Below are positions 47,772 through 57,578 of a stretch of DNA of 64,000 nucleotides, piece by piece. Below the pieces are notes generated by a model. The model saw nothing but the letters and a program-made list of their open reading frames with translations, was not told where the DNA came from and ran no database searches. The stretch is from a bacterium (GTDB taxonomy: Bacteria > UBA10199 > 2-02-FULL-44-16 > JAAZCA01): NCBI GenBank assembly GCA_963674695.2, contig CAXXGI010000001.1, positions 704,001 through 768,000 on the forward strand, written 5' to 3'. Numbering within the stretch: the stretch's first letter is position 1; the number at the start of each line of letters is the position of its first letter. The translations under genes were made by a program, and so were the position numbers.

Positions 47772-47924
47772 TACGCCATATAATATGCCATATAAACCAT
47801 ATAAATCAAAGGCTTTCCAAATATTATACCATATTTTAGGCTATAAGGACGTTTACGGCCTTCATTGTACAACCTACCAGACGGGGCAAGCTTCATTCTT
47901 ACTGCCAATACACGCTTCGGATAG

Positions 47925-47970
47925 GTGCTCCACTGATATCACAGCGACACGGGCCGAACGTGACGCGCTT
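47925..47970 (+). repeat. Inverted third copy of tRNA-Ala 3' tip plus flanking repeat
   Basis: Reverse complement closely matches 27258-27303. Confidence 0.75.
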
Positions 47971-48029
47971 CTTCTTACAGATAGGGGGGGATGAGGGAGA
48001 ACATGTCGCTTATGGAGAGAAATACAACA

Positions 48030-49820
48030 CTACCCGCCAATCACCTTCAAAAACGTCTTGCTGTAGAGTTTGCATTTCTTGGCGCCCACGCCGCTGACCT
48101 CGAGGAACTCCGTCCTGGTCTGGGGTTTTTTTCTCGCCATGTCGCGCAGGGCGGCGTCACTGAAGACGAGGTATGCGGGCACGCCCTTTTGCTCGGCAAT
48201 CTCTCGGCGAAGCGTTCGCAGCGATTCGAAGAGCGCTTCGTCCACGCCCTCCCAGGAATCTTGGGCAACCTTTGAAACGCGTTTTGTCTTGGCGGTTTTT
48301 TTCACGGGTTTGAGCAGCAGGGGTGACGCCTCCCCCTTGAGCACGAGCCAGCCCTTCTGCGTGACGCGCAGGACCTTGTATTCCTCGGAGCGTTCCAGGA
48401 AGCCCTGCGCCACGAGCTGCTCCGTCCAGTCCCTTACGATCCCCTTGGTATACTGCGACATGATGCCGTGCGTGCTGAGCGAATCGTGGCCGTTCTGCAC
48501 GATGCGCGTCTCCCGGGAACCGAGCAGAACGGAGGCGGTATAGTCTGCGCCAAATTTCTCTTTCAACCGAACCACGCAGGAGAGAATTTTCTGGGCGTCG
48601 ACCAGGGCGTCATCGTGCAAATCGATATCGCCGAAACAGACGTCACACGCCTCGCACCTCCCTTTGCCCAGGTCTTGGCCGAAGTAGTTCAGAATGGATT
48701 CGTGACGACAGGTAATGCCCGTACAATAGCCATACATGTCGCTCAACTTCTGGGCGGCCACCCTTTGCGCCTCGGAGGGCATGTCGCGAAGCATGCTCTT
48801 CCACACGACATAGTCGCCGCCGGAATAATAGAGCGTGCATTCCGCTTCGAGCCCATCGCGCCCCGCCCGGCCGCTCTCCTGCTGGTAGTGCTCCAGCGAT
48901 TTCGGCATGCCCGTGTGAATGACATAGCGAACGTTCGACTTATCGATCCCCATCCCGAAGGCGACCGTCGCGACGATCGTGTCGCATTTTTCCTTGATGA
49001 ACGCATCCTGATTGCGCTTGCGCCGCTCCTGCGTGAGACCCGCATGATAGGGCCGGACGCGATAGCCGCGCGCGGTCAGTTTCTTGCAGAGCCCGTCGAC
49101 ATCGCTGCGCTTGATGCAGTAGATGATGCCCGACTCACTCCGGTGACGTTCCAGCGCATCGCAGACCTGCTGCAGTCGATTCTTTCTCGGCTCGGCCTTA
49201 TAGACGAGGTTCGGTCGGTCGAAGGAACCGACGATGACATTCGGGTCGCTCAAACGAAGCTGCTTGGCGATGTCCGTTCGGACGTGTTCGGTCGCCGTCG
49301 CGGTATAGGCGTGAAAGGCGATGTCGGGAAATTGCTCCTTCAATGCCCCCAGCTGTCGATATTCGGGCCGGAAGTCGTGCCCCCACATGCTGACACAGTG
49401 CGCCTCATCGATGGCCACGAATGAAACGTTCAGCCCGCCCAGAAACGAGGCACAATCGTCCATCATGATGCGCTCTGGTGAGAGGTACAGCAGCTTCAGC
49501 GTTCCATCATGTATGCGATCGTAGGTATCACGCCGCTCGGCTGGCGTCAGCGAACTATCGAGGCGCGCCGCTGAAACGCCGCACTCATGAAGGCCGTCGA
49601 TCTGATCCTTCATGAGGGAGATGAGCGGGGAGACGACGATGGCGATGCCCGGCATGATGACCGCGGGAACCTGAAAGCAGATCGATTTGCCGCCGCCGGT
49701 CGGAAGCACGACGACGGAATCGCGCCCGGCACAGACCGACGCGATCGCCTCCTCCTGCAGCGGCAGAAAGCGATCGTACCCCCAAAACCGTTTCAACGCC
49801 TCTTTGGCCCGTTGGTTCAT
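48030..49820 (-). CDS. recQ: DNA helicase RecQ
   Basis: LPTGGGKS, DEAHCVSMWGHDFRP, GMGIDKSNVR, QESGRAGRDG, RQC and HRDC domains. Confidence 0.97.
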   Translation of the reverse strand: MNQRAKEALKRFWGYDRFLPLQEEAIASVCAGRDSVVVLPTGGGKSICFQVPAVIMPGIAIVVSPLISLMKDQIDGLHECGVSAARLDSSLTPAERRDTYDRIHDGTLKLLYLSPERIMMDDCASFLGGLNVSFVAIDEAHCVSMWGHDFRPEYRQLGALKEQFPDIAFHAYTATATEHVRTDIAKQLRLSDPNVIVGSFDRPNLVYKAEPRKNRLQQVCDALERHRSESGIIYCIKRSDVDGLCKKLTARGYRVRPYHAGLTQERRKRNQDAFIKEKCDTIVATVAFGMGIDKSNVRYVIHTGMPKSLEHYQQESGRAGRDGLEAECTLYYSGGDYVVWKSMLRDMPSEAQRVAAQKLSDMYGYCTGITCRHESILNYFGQDLGKGRCEACDVCFGDIDLHDDALVDAQKILSCVVRLKEKFGADYTASVLLGSRETRIVQNGHDSLSTHGIMSQYTKGIVRDWTEQLVAQGFLERSEEYKVLRVTQKGWLVLKGEASPLLLKPVKKTAKTKRVSKVAQDSWEGVDEALFESLRTLRREIAEQKGVPAYLVFSDAALRDMARKKPQTRTEFLEVSGVGAKKCKLYSKTFLKVIGG

Positions 49821-49946
49821 GGCAGCCCACCCTTGCCGATCGCATCAAACCATTCGCTGAACATTGTCGGAATACTACGATTTCATATATGAAATATATA
49901 TTTCAATTGTGAAACAAAAGGCTGCATCGCACCTCTGCTCAAGAAA

Positions 49947-49961
49947 GCAAGGATTGTGCCA
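49947..49961 (-). promoter_or_regulatory. sigma54 -24/-12 promoter upstream of recQ
   Basis: Minus strand TGGCAC-AATCC-TTGC; upstream direct repeat TTTTGCGGCAGTG (50009, 50030) as possible enhancer. Confidence 0.55.
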
Positions 49962-50116
49962 GGGGTGGGCCTCCCAAAATCGGGCACTTGGCCGAATGCG
50001 GTGCTTCGTTTTGCGGCAGTGCTGCATCATTTTGCGGCAGTGGCGTTCGGGGCACCCTCGAAAATAGGCATGACGGTTGAGACAGAAGAGGGGGCGGGAG
50101 AGTTTTGTCATCCCCT

Positions 50117-50941
50117 TCACAATCGGGCGCCGCAGAACTTACAGTGCGCGGCATCAGCATCGTGCCCCTCGGAGGAACAGCGCGGACAGGCCTGGGTGCT
50201 GATCGCATGCCCTTTGCGCGATTCACTCATGATCTGTCCGGTGATGATTCCGCTGGGCACGGCGATGATCGAATAGCCGAGCAACATGACGACCGAGGCG
50301 AACGCGCGACCGAGCCCCGTCTGTGGGCTGATGTCGCCATAGCCCACCGTCGTGAGCGTAACGATCGCCCAGTAGATGCTGCGCGGAATATTGTTAAAAC
50401 CGCTGGCGGGCCCTTCGATCAGGTACATCATCGATCCCATGATCACCACGAGCGTCATGACCGCGAAGAAGAAGATGAAAATCTTGCGCCGAGAAGCGTA
50501 GAGCGCGCGACGGAGCACAGAGGTCTCGCGCATCATCTCGCCGAGCTTCAAGATTCGGAAGATGCGCAGCGTGCGCAACACGCGCACGACCAGCAGATAC
50601 TGCGTGCCCGGAATGATGAGGCTGACATAGGTGGGAAGCACCGCCAGCAGATCGACGACGCCAAAGAAACTCGTCGCGTATTTTCTCGGACGCCCTACAC
50701 AGGACAGGCGCGTGATATATTCGACCGTAAAGAGAATCGTGAAGAACCACTCGGCCGCGCGCAGAAAAACACCAAACCGCACATGAATCGAAGCAACGCT
50801 GTCGAGCATCACGACGAGCACACTCAGAAAGATAGCGGCGATGAGCGCCAGATCGAAGAACTTCCCCGCGGGCGTGTCGGCCTCGAAGATGACCTCAAAG
50901 GCCTTGGCGCGCCAACCGGTGTGTTTTGGTGCCGTAAGCAT
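50117..50941 (-). CDS. Voltage-gated potassium channel / ion transporter
   Basis: TTVGYGD filter, S4 RxxRxxRxxR, C-terminal CxxC..CxxC. Confidence 0.93.
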   Translation of the reverse strand: MLTAPKHTGWRAKAFEVIFEADTPAGKFFDLALIAAIFLSVLVVMLDSVASIHVRFGVFLRAAEWFFTILFTVEYITRLSCVGRPRKYATSFFGVVDLLAVLPTYVSLIIPGTQYLLVVRVLRTLRIFRILKLGEMMRETSVLRRALYASRRKIFIFFFAVMTLVVIMGSMMYLIEGPASGFNNIPRSIYWAIVTLTTVGYGDISPQTGLGRAFASVVMLLGYSIIAVPSGIITGQIMSESRKGHAISTQACPRCSSEGHDADAAHCKFCGARL

Positions 50942-51596
50942 AGGACGTCCTCCCGCATCATTCTATAGCAGGTTCATCCTCCCATCGCCAGAGCGACCAT
51001 CAACACCGCAGACCCAGCCCGCTAAAATGCCGAGCAATCGTGAGCCCTCGGTTGGGCGGGTATTTTACGGGGACCGCCGTCTCGGCTCACACGCCGCCTC
51101 GACGGCTTTTTCTTCTTCCATCGCAGTATTATAGGCTTCGATCGCGATGGAAGAAGAGATCCCCTACAAATACCCGCCCAACCGAGGGCTTCAAGAGATC
51201 GATTTATAATTCCTCCAGGAAGGATATCGATCGCGATGCGGCATGAAAATGCCCCGTCGTCTCATGATCTTGAATGGTACGGCTACAACGAAACCAACGG
51301 TTGCACACGAACTGCCCTCCTGCCTGCCACGACCTCATTCCCGGAGGAGCCTAAAAGCGCGTTTGCGAGACCGACCGTATGAGTCGCGAAAAGAGCGACT
51401 GGGTTCGCGAGTTGCGAGCTGACGGAGGAAGATCCGCAACTCGTGTCGTTGAACCCAGCGCTCTTTTTGCGGCGAGTAGGGAGGCGAGCGCGCTCGAGCG
51501 ACGGAGGGAAGGAGGGCGTGGCAGGCAACCTCGGCTGGCAGCCGCAGCTGTAAGGGCGATTGCATGGGGGGGGGATATCGGATAGAGAGTCGGGCC

Positions 51597-53480
51597 ATGG
51601 CGCTTATCAGCATCAGCGATCTGACCGTCCGCTTCGACGATCCGCCGCTGCTCGACGGTATTCGGCTCACCATCGAGCGCGCTGAACGCGTCTGTCTGAT
51701 CGGGCGCAACGGCACGGGCAAATCGACGCTCCTCAAAATCATCGCGGGTGAGGGAGAGGCGGACGCGGGCGAGGTGGCACGCGAGCGCGGGATCGTGGTC
51801 GCGTATCTCCCCCAGGAGGTCCCCGAGAATGTGAGCGGCAGCGTCTTCGATGTGATCGCCCAAGGGCTCGCGAACCAAGGGCGACTGCTCGCCGAATATC
51901 ACCATGCCAGTGCCGCACTCGCCGTTGACGCCAACGCCGAGGCACTTGCGCGCCTCGATGAGGTCCAGCACGAACTCGAGGCCGCCGGCGCCTGGCAGAT
52001 GCATGCCCAGGTGGAGCGCGTCATCACGCACATGGGCCTCGACGCCGATGCGGAGTGCGCCGCTCTCTCCGCGGGGATGAAGCGCCGCGTCCTCATGGCG
52101 CGCGCGCTCGTCGCAAAGCCGGACCTCCTGCTGCTGGATGAGCCGACCAACCACCTCGACATCGACACCATCGCCTGGCTCGAAGAACACCTCTTGAGTA
52201 CAAACATCACGCTCCTGTTTGTCACACACGATCGGATGTTCCTGCGAAAACTGGCCACGCGCATCGTGGAGATCGATCGCGGAAAGACCGCGAGTTTTGC
52301 CTGCGACTACGACACCTACCTCGATCGCAAGGAAAGCCTCCTGGAAGCGGAGACGAAGCAGCGCGCGCAGTTCGAGAAGAAACTCGCCCAGGAGGAGACC
52401 TGGCTGCGCCAGGGAGTCAAGGCGCGGCGCACACGCAACGAGGGGCGCGTCAAAACGCTGGTGCGCATGCGCGAGTTCAAGCGCTCGCTCCGACAACGTT
52501 TCGGCAGCGTGCACCTGCAAGCGCAGGAGGCCCAGCGCACGGGAAAGCTCGTCATCGAAATGGAGGACGCCCGTTTCGGCTACACGGACACGCCCATCGT
52601 ACGCGATTTTTCCACGACGATCCTGCGCGGCGACAAGGTGGGCATCATCGGTCCGAACGGATCGGGCAAGACGACGCTCCTGCGCCTCCTGCTGGGGGAA
52701 CTCCCGTTACAATCGGGGTCGCTGCGCTACGGCACACACCTGAAGAAGGCCTATTTCGACCAGCTGCGCGCCAAGCTCGACGAGGAGCGAAGCGTGGCGG
52801 ACAATATCGCCGATGGAAACCCCTTGCTCACCATCGATGGAAGGCAGCGCCACGTCATCGGCTATCTGCAGGACTTTCTCTTCGCCCCCGAACGGGCGCG
52901 TTCGCCGGTCTCAACCCTCTCCGGGGGCGAGCGCAATCGGCTGCTCCTGGCCAAGCTCTTCACGCTGCCGTCGAACCTGCTCGTACTGGATGAACCGACC
53001 AACGACCTCGACGCGGAGACGCTCGATCTGCTCGAGGAGATGCTCGTGAACTACGGCGGCACGGTGCTGCTCGTGAGCCACGATCGCTCCTTCCTCAACA
53101 ATGTGGTCACGAGCACCATCGTCTTAGAGGGCGGCGGTCGCGTGCAGGAGTATGTGGGCGGCTATGACGACTGGCTGCGCCAGCGCAAGAAAGAGACTCC
53201 GCCAGAGGGCGACAAACCGAAGACGGATCGCGCAGAGAAAGAGCTCACACCCTCAAAAAAACTCACCTTCAAGGAAAAGCGCGAACTTGCGGAACTGCCC
53301 GCACGGATCGAGGCGCTCGAAACGGAAAAACAGGAACGCTTCAAGATGCTCTCGGATCCCCAGGTCTATTCGCGCGCCGGAGGTGTAAGCGAGACGCAGG
53401 CGCGCATCGATGCAATTGAAGCGGAACTTGCTCGTGCCTATGAACAGTGGGCAGAGCTGGAAGGACGTGTGGAAGGATGA
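51597..53480 (+). CDS. uup: ABC-F ATPase, Uup-like
   Basis: Two ABC cassettes (GRNGTGKST, GPNGSGKTT), GVKARRTRNEGRV linker, KLTFKEKREL C-terminal domain. Confidence 0.9.
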   Translation: MALISISDLTVRFDDPPLLDGIRLTIERAERVCLIGRNGTGKSTLLKIIAGEGEADAGEVARERGIVVAYLPQEVPENVSGSVFDVIAQGLANQGRLLAEYHHASAALAVDANAEALARLDEVQHELEAAGAWQMHAQVERVITHMGLDADAECAALSAGMKRRVLMARALVAKPDLLLLDEPTNHLDIDTIAWLEEHLLSTNITLLFVTHDRMFLRKLATRIVEIDRGKTASFACDYDTYLDRKESLLEAETKQRAQFEKKLAQEETWLRQGVKARRTRNEGRVKTLVRMREFKRSLRQRFGSVHLQAQEAQRTGKLVIEMEDARFGYTDTPIVRDFSTTILRGDKVGIIGPNGSGKTTLLRLLLGELPLQSGSLRYGTHLKKAYFDQLRAKLDEERSVADNIADGNPLLTIDGRQRHVIGYLQDFLFAPERARSPVSTLSGGERNRLLLAKLFTLPSNLLVLDEPTNDLDAETLDLLEEMLVNYGGTVLLVSHDRSFLNNVVTSTIVLEGGGRVQEYVGGYDDWLRQRKKETPPEGDKPKTDRAEKELTPSKKLTFKEKRELAELPARIEALETEKQERFKMLSDPQVYSRAGGVSETQARIDAIEAELARAYEQWAELEGRVEG

Positions 53481-53487
53481 CAACGAC

Positions 53488-53667
53488 CGTCATTCCCGCG
53501 TGGAGGTGTCATTCCCGCGAAGGCGGGAATCTCGCTTGTTACGACACATCGAGATTCCCGCCTTCGCGGGAATGACACAAACGAGGAATCTCGAAGTGCC
53601 TGAATAATCGAGATTCCCGCCTTCGCGGGAATGACACAAACGAGGAATCTCATGAGATCCGATGACA
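53488..53667. repeat. REP cluster (GTCATTCCCGCGAAGGCGGGAATC type)
   Basis: Inverted units plus a tandem duplicate of ATCGAGATTCCCGCCTTCGCGGGAATGACACAAACGAGGAATCTC. Confidence 0.85.
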
Positions 53668-53685
53668 GCATAAAGGGGGTTGCGA

Positions 53686-54450
53686 ATGAAGATACTCGTT
53701 CTGATGGGGAGCCCGCGGCATGGGGATGGATATAAACTCTGCCGGGCCATCGAGGCGAAACTGCAGACCTTGGGAGAGGCGAAGGTGACCTATCGCTTTC
53801 TCAAGGAGGCCCACATTGAATACTGTCGCGGCTGCATGCTCTGCGTGCACAAGGGGGAGGAGCACTGCCCCATCAAGGACGATGTCGCAACCATCTGGCA
53901 GGAGATGGCGGAGGCCGACGGCGTCATCTTCGATTCGCCCGTCTACGCCCACGGCATCACGGGGCTCCTCAAGAACTTCATCGACCGCTCCTGCTTTCTC
54001 TTTCACCGCCCGCGTTTCTTCGACAAGGCCGCCCTCACCGTGACCACCACCGCCTTCAGCGGCCTGAAGGAGACGACCGACTATCTCCAGCTCACCGCGC
54101 GCGCGTGGGGGTTCAACCTCGTCGGATCGCTCGAAGCGTTGATGGTCCCCTATGAACAGAACCCACGCTACAAGGCGCGCGTGCACGACGAGCTTGATGC
54201 GCTCGCAACGAAATTTTACGCGGCGATGGAAACAAAGACACGCCCCGCCCCCTCGATCTTCGACCTCGTCTTCTTCGGCTCGATGAAGATGAAAGCGGCG
54301 AGAATCCCGCACGATCGGGAGTATTGGACGAAGATGGGTTGGATGGATCGCGACTATTTCCTGGATGTGCCCATCCCCTGGTTCAACCGGTTGATCGCCC
54401 GCCGCTATCTGCGAAAGGCGGAGAAAGAGGCGAAGCGGTATTTTTCGTGA
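53686..54450 (+). CDS. Flavodoxin family / iron-sulfur flavoprotein
   Basis: GSPR, CRGCMLC...CPIKDD, SPVY, KNFIDR. Confidence 0.9.
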   Translation: MKILVLMGSPRHGDGYKLCRAIEAKLQTLGEAKVTYRFLKEAHIEYCRGCMLCVHKGEEHCPIKDDVATIWQEMAEADGVIFDSPVYAHGITGLLKNFIDRSCFLFHRPRFFDKAALTVTTTAFSGLKETTDYLQLTARAWGFNLVGSLEALMVPYEQNPRYKARVHDELDALATKFYAAMETKTRPAPSIFDLVFFGSMKMKAARIPHDREYWTKMGWMDRDYFLDVPIPWFNRLIARRYLRKAEKEAKRYFS

Positions 54451-54528
54451 GACCCCACGACGTCACTTCTTTCTTGTTTCCCATTCACATCTGACGGCAA
54501 CTCTGCCCCTCTTCGCAACCGATAATGG

Positions 54529-56493
54529 GTGTGGAGGTGTCCACCGGTGCCGATCTTCGAGCTGCCCGCAAAAACCGTCTTTTTGAAGCGCTATGAACTC
54601 GAGCGCTTTGTGAACCACGCCGCGACAGCCGAGGAAGAGGCCCACACGACCGTCATTCTCTACGACTTGCAAGATGATGAACGCCAGATTGTCCTCAATA
54701 TCGATGATGACGGCATTACACTCAAGGATTCCAACGAGGAGAATCCCCTTCCCCCCGAAGATATTGAACGCCTCACGCATACAATGAGCGCCTTCGTCCC
54801 GATGACAAAGGCGATCGCGCGCCACCAGATCGCCGCTACAGGGGAGCTCGCCTTTCAAACGACATTTCCCTTCATTCGAAACGAAGGCATCACGTTCGAT
54901 ACGCTGATGCGGGCGAACGATACGGTGACAGAGGACCCCTTCCTTGCAATTCGCTATGATGAGGATGGAGATGGTGTTCGAGAAATTGCCTTGATCGAAG
55001 CGTCTTCACAAATCACCTTCAATTTTCTTGCGAGCAACGGCACGCTCCGCTTGAAATCGTTACAACTGGAAACAGGGGAGGATGCCGTCTATGAGGATAA
55101 CAGCCCCGCCCTCCTGCAACAATTTGCATCGATCACCACCTATCTCCAGCCGGCAATAGAGAGCTACACCAAAAGAAACAGCGACTGCAGCGACTGCGCA
55201 TGGGGTCGCCATTTTGATCCAGCATACCCCCTCTTCCTTCGATCACTCTCACCTTCAAACCCAGGAGACGGTGCAGACGATCAGTCGGATCATCGCGGGC
55301 ACATTCCCCTCGCGATGGATTTCGATTCCACTTGGCACGTATGGGACTATCTCCGAAGGGGCAAAGAGCTCTCAACATTGGATGAGACCTATAGCATGAT
55401 CGACGACGAGAAGAATGCCTTGGAATCGATCGGCACGACGCTCTTTGCCGTCAAACATGACGGGGATGAAGGCTCATACTACAGTATCGTCCACACGCTC
55501 TTTGGATACAGCCATTTTCGAAAAATCCTCGACGAGACATTGCGAAAGATATCGAACGCCTCCTGCGCGAACATGAGCTATGCCGAGATCGATCAAAGGC
55601 TCTTCGCAGAAGACGGAGCCCTGTACTTCGACACATCCTCCTACATCGATGAGGACGCCGTCGAGGAAGACGCCATCATCGCCATCCCGCATGAGCCGCT
55701 GATCCAGCAACTCGGCGAAACCTACCCGGAGCGCACGATTCGGCTCGGGGCATACACGCTCTTCGACCTGGACGGAGATGGACACATCCGGTTCGACCGC
55801 GACCTCCTCACCACCGAAAACGATCAGATCTTCACCAAAATTCCCTGGGGGCTGCGCCGGCTTTTGCCCAAGAGCCTGCCGTCGGAAGCGTTCGAACGGG
55901 GGGTGCCGCTCAAGACGATGCGCGACATCCAGCGCCCGCTGGTCCTCCGGGAGACGACCCGGATGCAGGCTCAAGACCCGCTGGCCGATGACGGCAAATA
56001 TCGCATCTTCGTCTACCTCAACAATACAAACGACATTCCGCCGGACAGCGCGCTCATCAAGGGGTTCATCTCCCTCTACAACTTCGATGAGTTCTATGCC
56101 TTTCCGTCATCGAGAGATGAATTGCTCAATCCTGTCCTGGAACATATTGCCGACCGCAATATCCCCGTCGACCTGCTCTACATCGGCACACACGGCTTCA
56201 CACCCGAACTCGACCTGAAGGACAAACCGCTCGACATCGACACGGTCGTCTTCACCGGCTGTGAGAGAGGACTGAAGGACATCCAGGCCATCGGCGCGCA
56301 GCTCTTCGCGCACTCGAGCGGATCGATCCTCTGGGGAGATGGCATCAACATGCCGCTGCCCATCCCGGGGGTCGACCTCGTCTCCGCCGGCACGATTCAT
56401 CGTTCCCGCTTTCACAATGGCCTCTCCGTTGGTGAAGACGCATTCTCGCCGCAACTCAAACGAAAGCGCAGCGTGTTCGTCGATCTCAAATAA
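54529..56493 (+). CDS. Hypothetical acidic protein (start uncertain)
   Basis: 654-aa ORF with host-like codon usage; DxDGDG motifs. Confidence 0.7.
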   Translation: MWRCPPVPIFELPAKTVFLKRYELERFVNHAATAEEEAHTTVILYDLQDDERQIVLNIDDDGITLKDSNEENPLPPEDIERLTHTMSAFVPMTKAIARHQIAATGELAFQTTFPFIRNEGITFDTLMRANDTVTEDPFLAIRYDEDGDGVREIALIEASSQITFNFLASNGTLRLKSLQLETGEDAVYEDNSPALLQQFASITTYLQPAIESYTKRNSDCSDCAWGRHFDPAYPLFLRSLSPSNPGDGADDQSDHRGHIPLAMDFDSTWHVWDYLRRGKELSTLDETYSMIDDEKNALESIGTTLFAVKHDGDEGSYYSIVHTLFGYSHFRKILDETLRKISNASCANMSYAEIDQRLFAEDGALYFDTSSYIDEDAVEEDAIIAIPHEPLIQQLGETYPERTIRLGAYTLFDLDGDGHIRFDRDLLTTENDQIFTKIPWGLRRLLPKSLPSEAFERGVPLKTMRDIQRPLVLRETTRMQAQDPLADDGKYRIFVYLNNTNDIPPDSALIKGFISLYNFDEFYAFPSSRDELLNPVLEHIADRNIPVDLLYIGTHGFTPELDLKDKPLDIDTVVFTGCERGLKDIQAIGAQLFAHSSGSILWGDGINMPLPIPGVDLVSAGTIHRSRFHNGLSVGEDAFSPQLKRKRSVFVDLK

Positions 56494-56557
56494 CCCTCCC
56501 CCTTGCAATGCGGCGGTCGATGCCGGATAATCGCGCCCTCGCACACCGAGGGAGGCC

Positions 56558-57574
56558 GTGATGAACCCCTATCGTCTGATCGAACAGTCCCGCAGCCACA
56601 GAACCATCGTCTTTCTCATCGGCTTGGGGTTGCTCGCGCTGATCGCGCTGGCCGACCTCTACGTCCATCATGCCATCTCGTTTGCACCGTTCTATATCCT
56701 GCCGGTCCTCGCGGTCGGATTCTTGATCGGGCGAATGAGCGGCGTCTATATGGCCGTGCTCTCCGCTGTGGGCTGGCTCATCATCGACATCTATACGGAG
56801 CCCGCATTTTCCGGCTATGGCGTGCATTTCTGGAATACCGTCGCGCGCATCCTCTTCTTCAGCTTCGTCGCCTTCGGCGTCCGCTCGCTCGCGATAGCCC
56901 AAATGCGACAGCGGGAACTGGCCGGCTTCATCGTACACGATTTGAAGGCACCGCTGGCCAACATCCTCTTCGGCATGGAGACGATAAAGACCCGCGGATA
57001 CGCGCCACCGGAAACGGTGGAGAAGACCGCCCGCATCACGACCATATCGGCCAAGCGCATGCTGGGACTCGTGGAATCGATCGTCGACCTCATCAAGATC
57101 GAGGAGAACACCTATCAGCGATTACGCGAAGGCGTCTCTCCGGCAGTGATCGTCGAACAATCGGTGGAACTCGTCTCGGCATGGGCTGAGCGCAGAAAAG
57201 TGCGACTCGACATTCGTCAGGATTCCCAACGAACGCAGATCATCACCGACCCGCAGCTCGTCATCCGCATTATCGTGAACCTCCTGTCGAACGCCCTCAA
57301 GGCCAGCCCCGAGGGATCGACCATCACCGTGCGCATCGCCGATGCCGAGAAGGGATGGCTGCACCTGAGCGTGGCCGACCAGGGGCCAGGCATGGAGGCG
57401 ACGAAACAACAACCGCTGTATTCACGGATATTCAACCTGGATGACACGCCCGCGGGCAGCGGGCTCGGACTCACCTTCTGCCGCAGGGCTGCCGAAGCAC
57501 TGGGCGGACATCTCGTCATCGAGAATCGACCGGAAAAGGGAATGCTCATCGTCGTCCAACTCCCCACGGAGTAA
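56558..57574 (+). CDS. Membrane sensor histidine kinase
   Basis: HDLKAPL, NLLSNALK, DQGPG, GSGLGL; N-terminal TM helices. Confidence 0.92.
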   Translation: MMNPYRLIEQSRSHRTIVFLIGLGLLALIALADLYVHHAISFAPFYILPVLAVGFLIGRMSGVYMAVLSAVGWLIIDIYTEPAFSGYGVHFWNTVARILFFSFVAFGVRSLAIAQMRQRELAGFIVHDLKAPLANILFGMETIKTRGYAPPETVEKTARITTISAKRMLGLVESIVDLIKIEENTYQRLREGVSPAVIVEQSVELVSAWAERRKVRLDIRQDSQRTQIITDPQLVIRIIVNLLSNALKASPEGSTITVRIADAEKGWLHLSVADQGPGMEATKQQPLYSRIFNLDDTPAGSGLGLTFCRRAAEALGGHLVIENRPEKGMLIVVQLPTE

Positions 57575-57578
57575 ACAC

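Noticed and set aside
46599-47783. Long antisense ORFs (also 1024-2019, 23424-24407, 51351-52520, 57546-58997, 62080-62865)
   Set aside because: Shadow frames of well-supported genes in GC-rich DNA; no motifs
51283-51560. Structured ncRNA upstream of uup
   Set aside because: An imperfect hairpin (AAAAGAGCG..CTGGGTTC / GAACCCAGCGCTCTTTT) is present, but no family is recognisable and it may be a REP-like repeat
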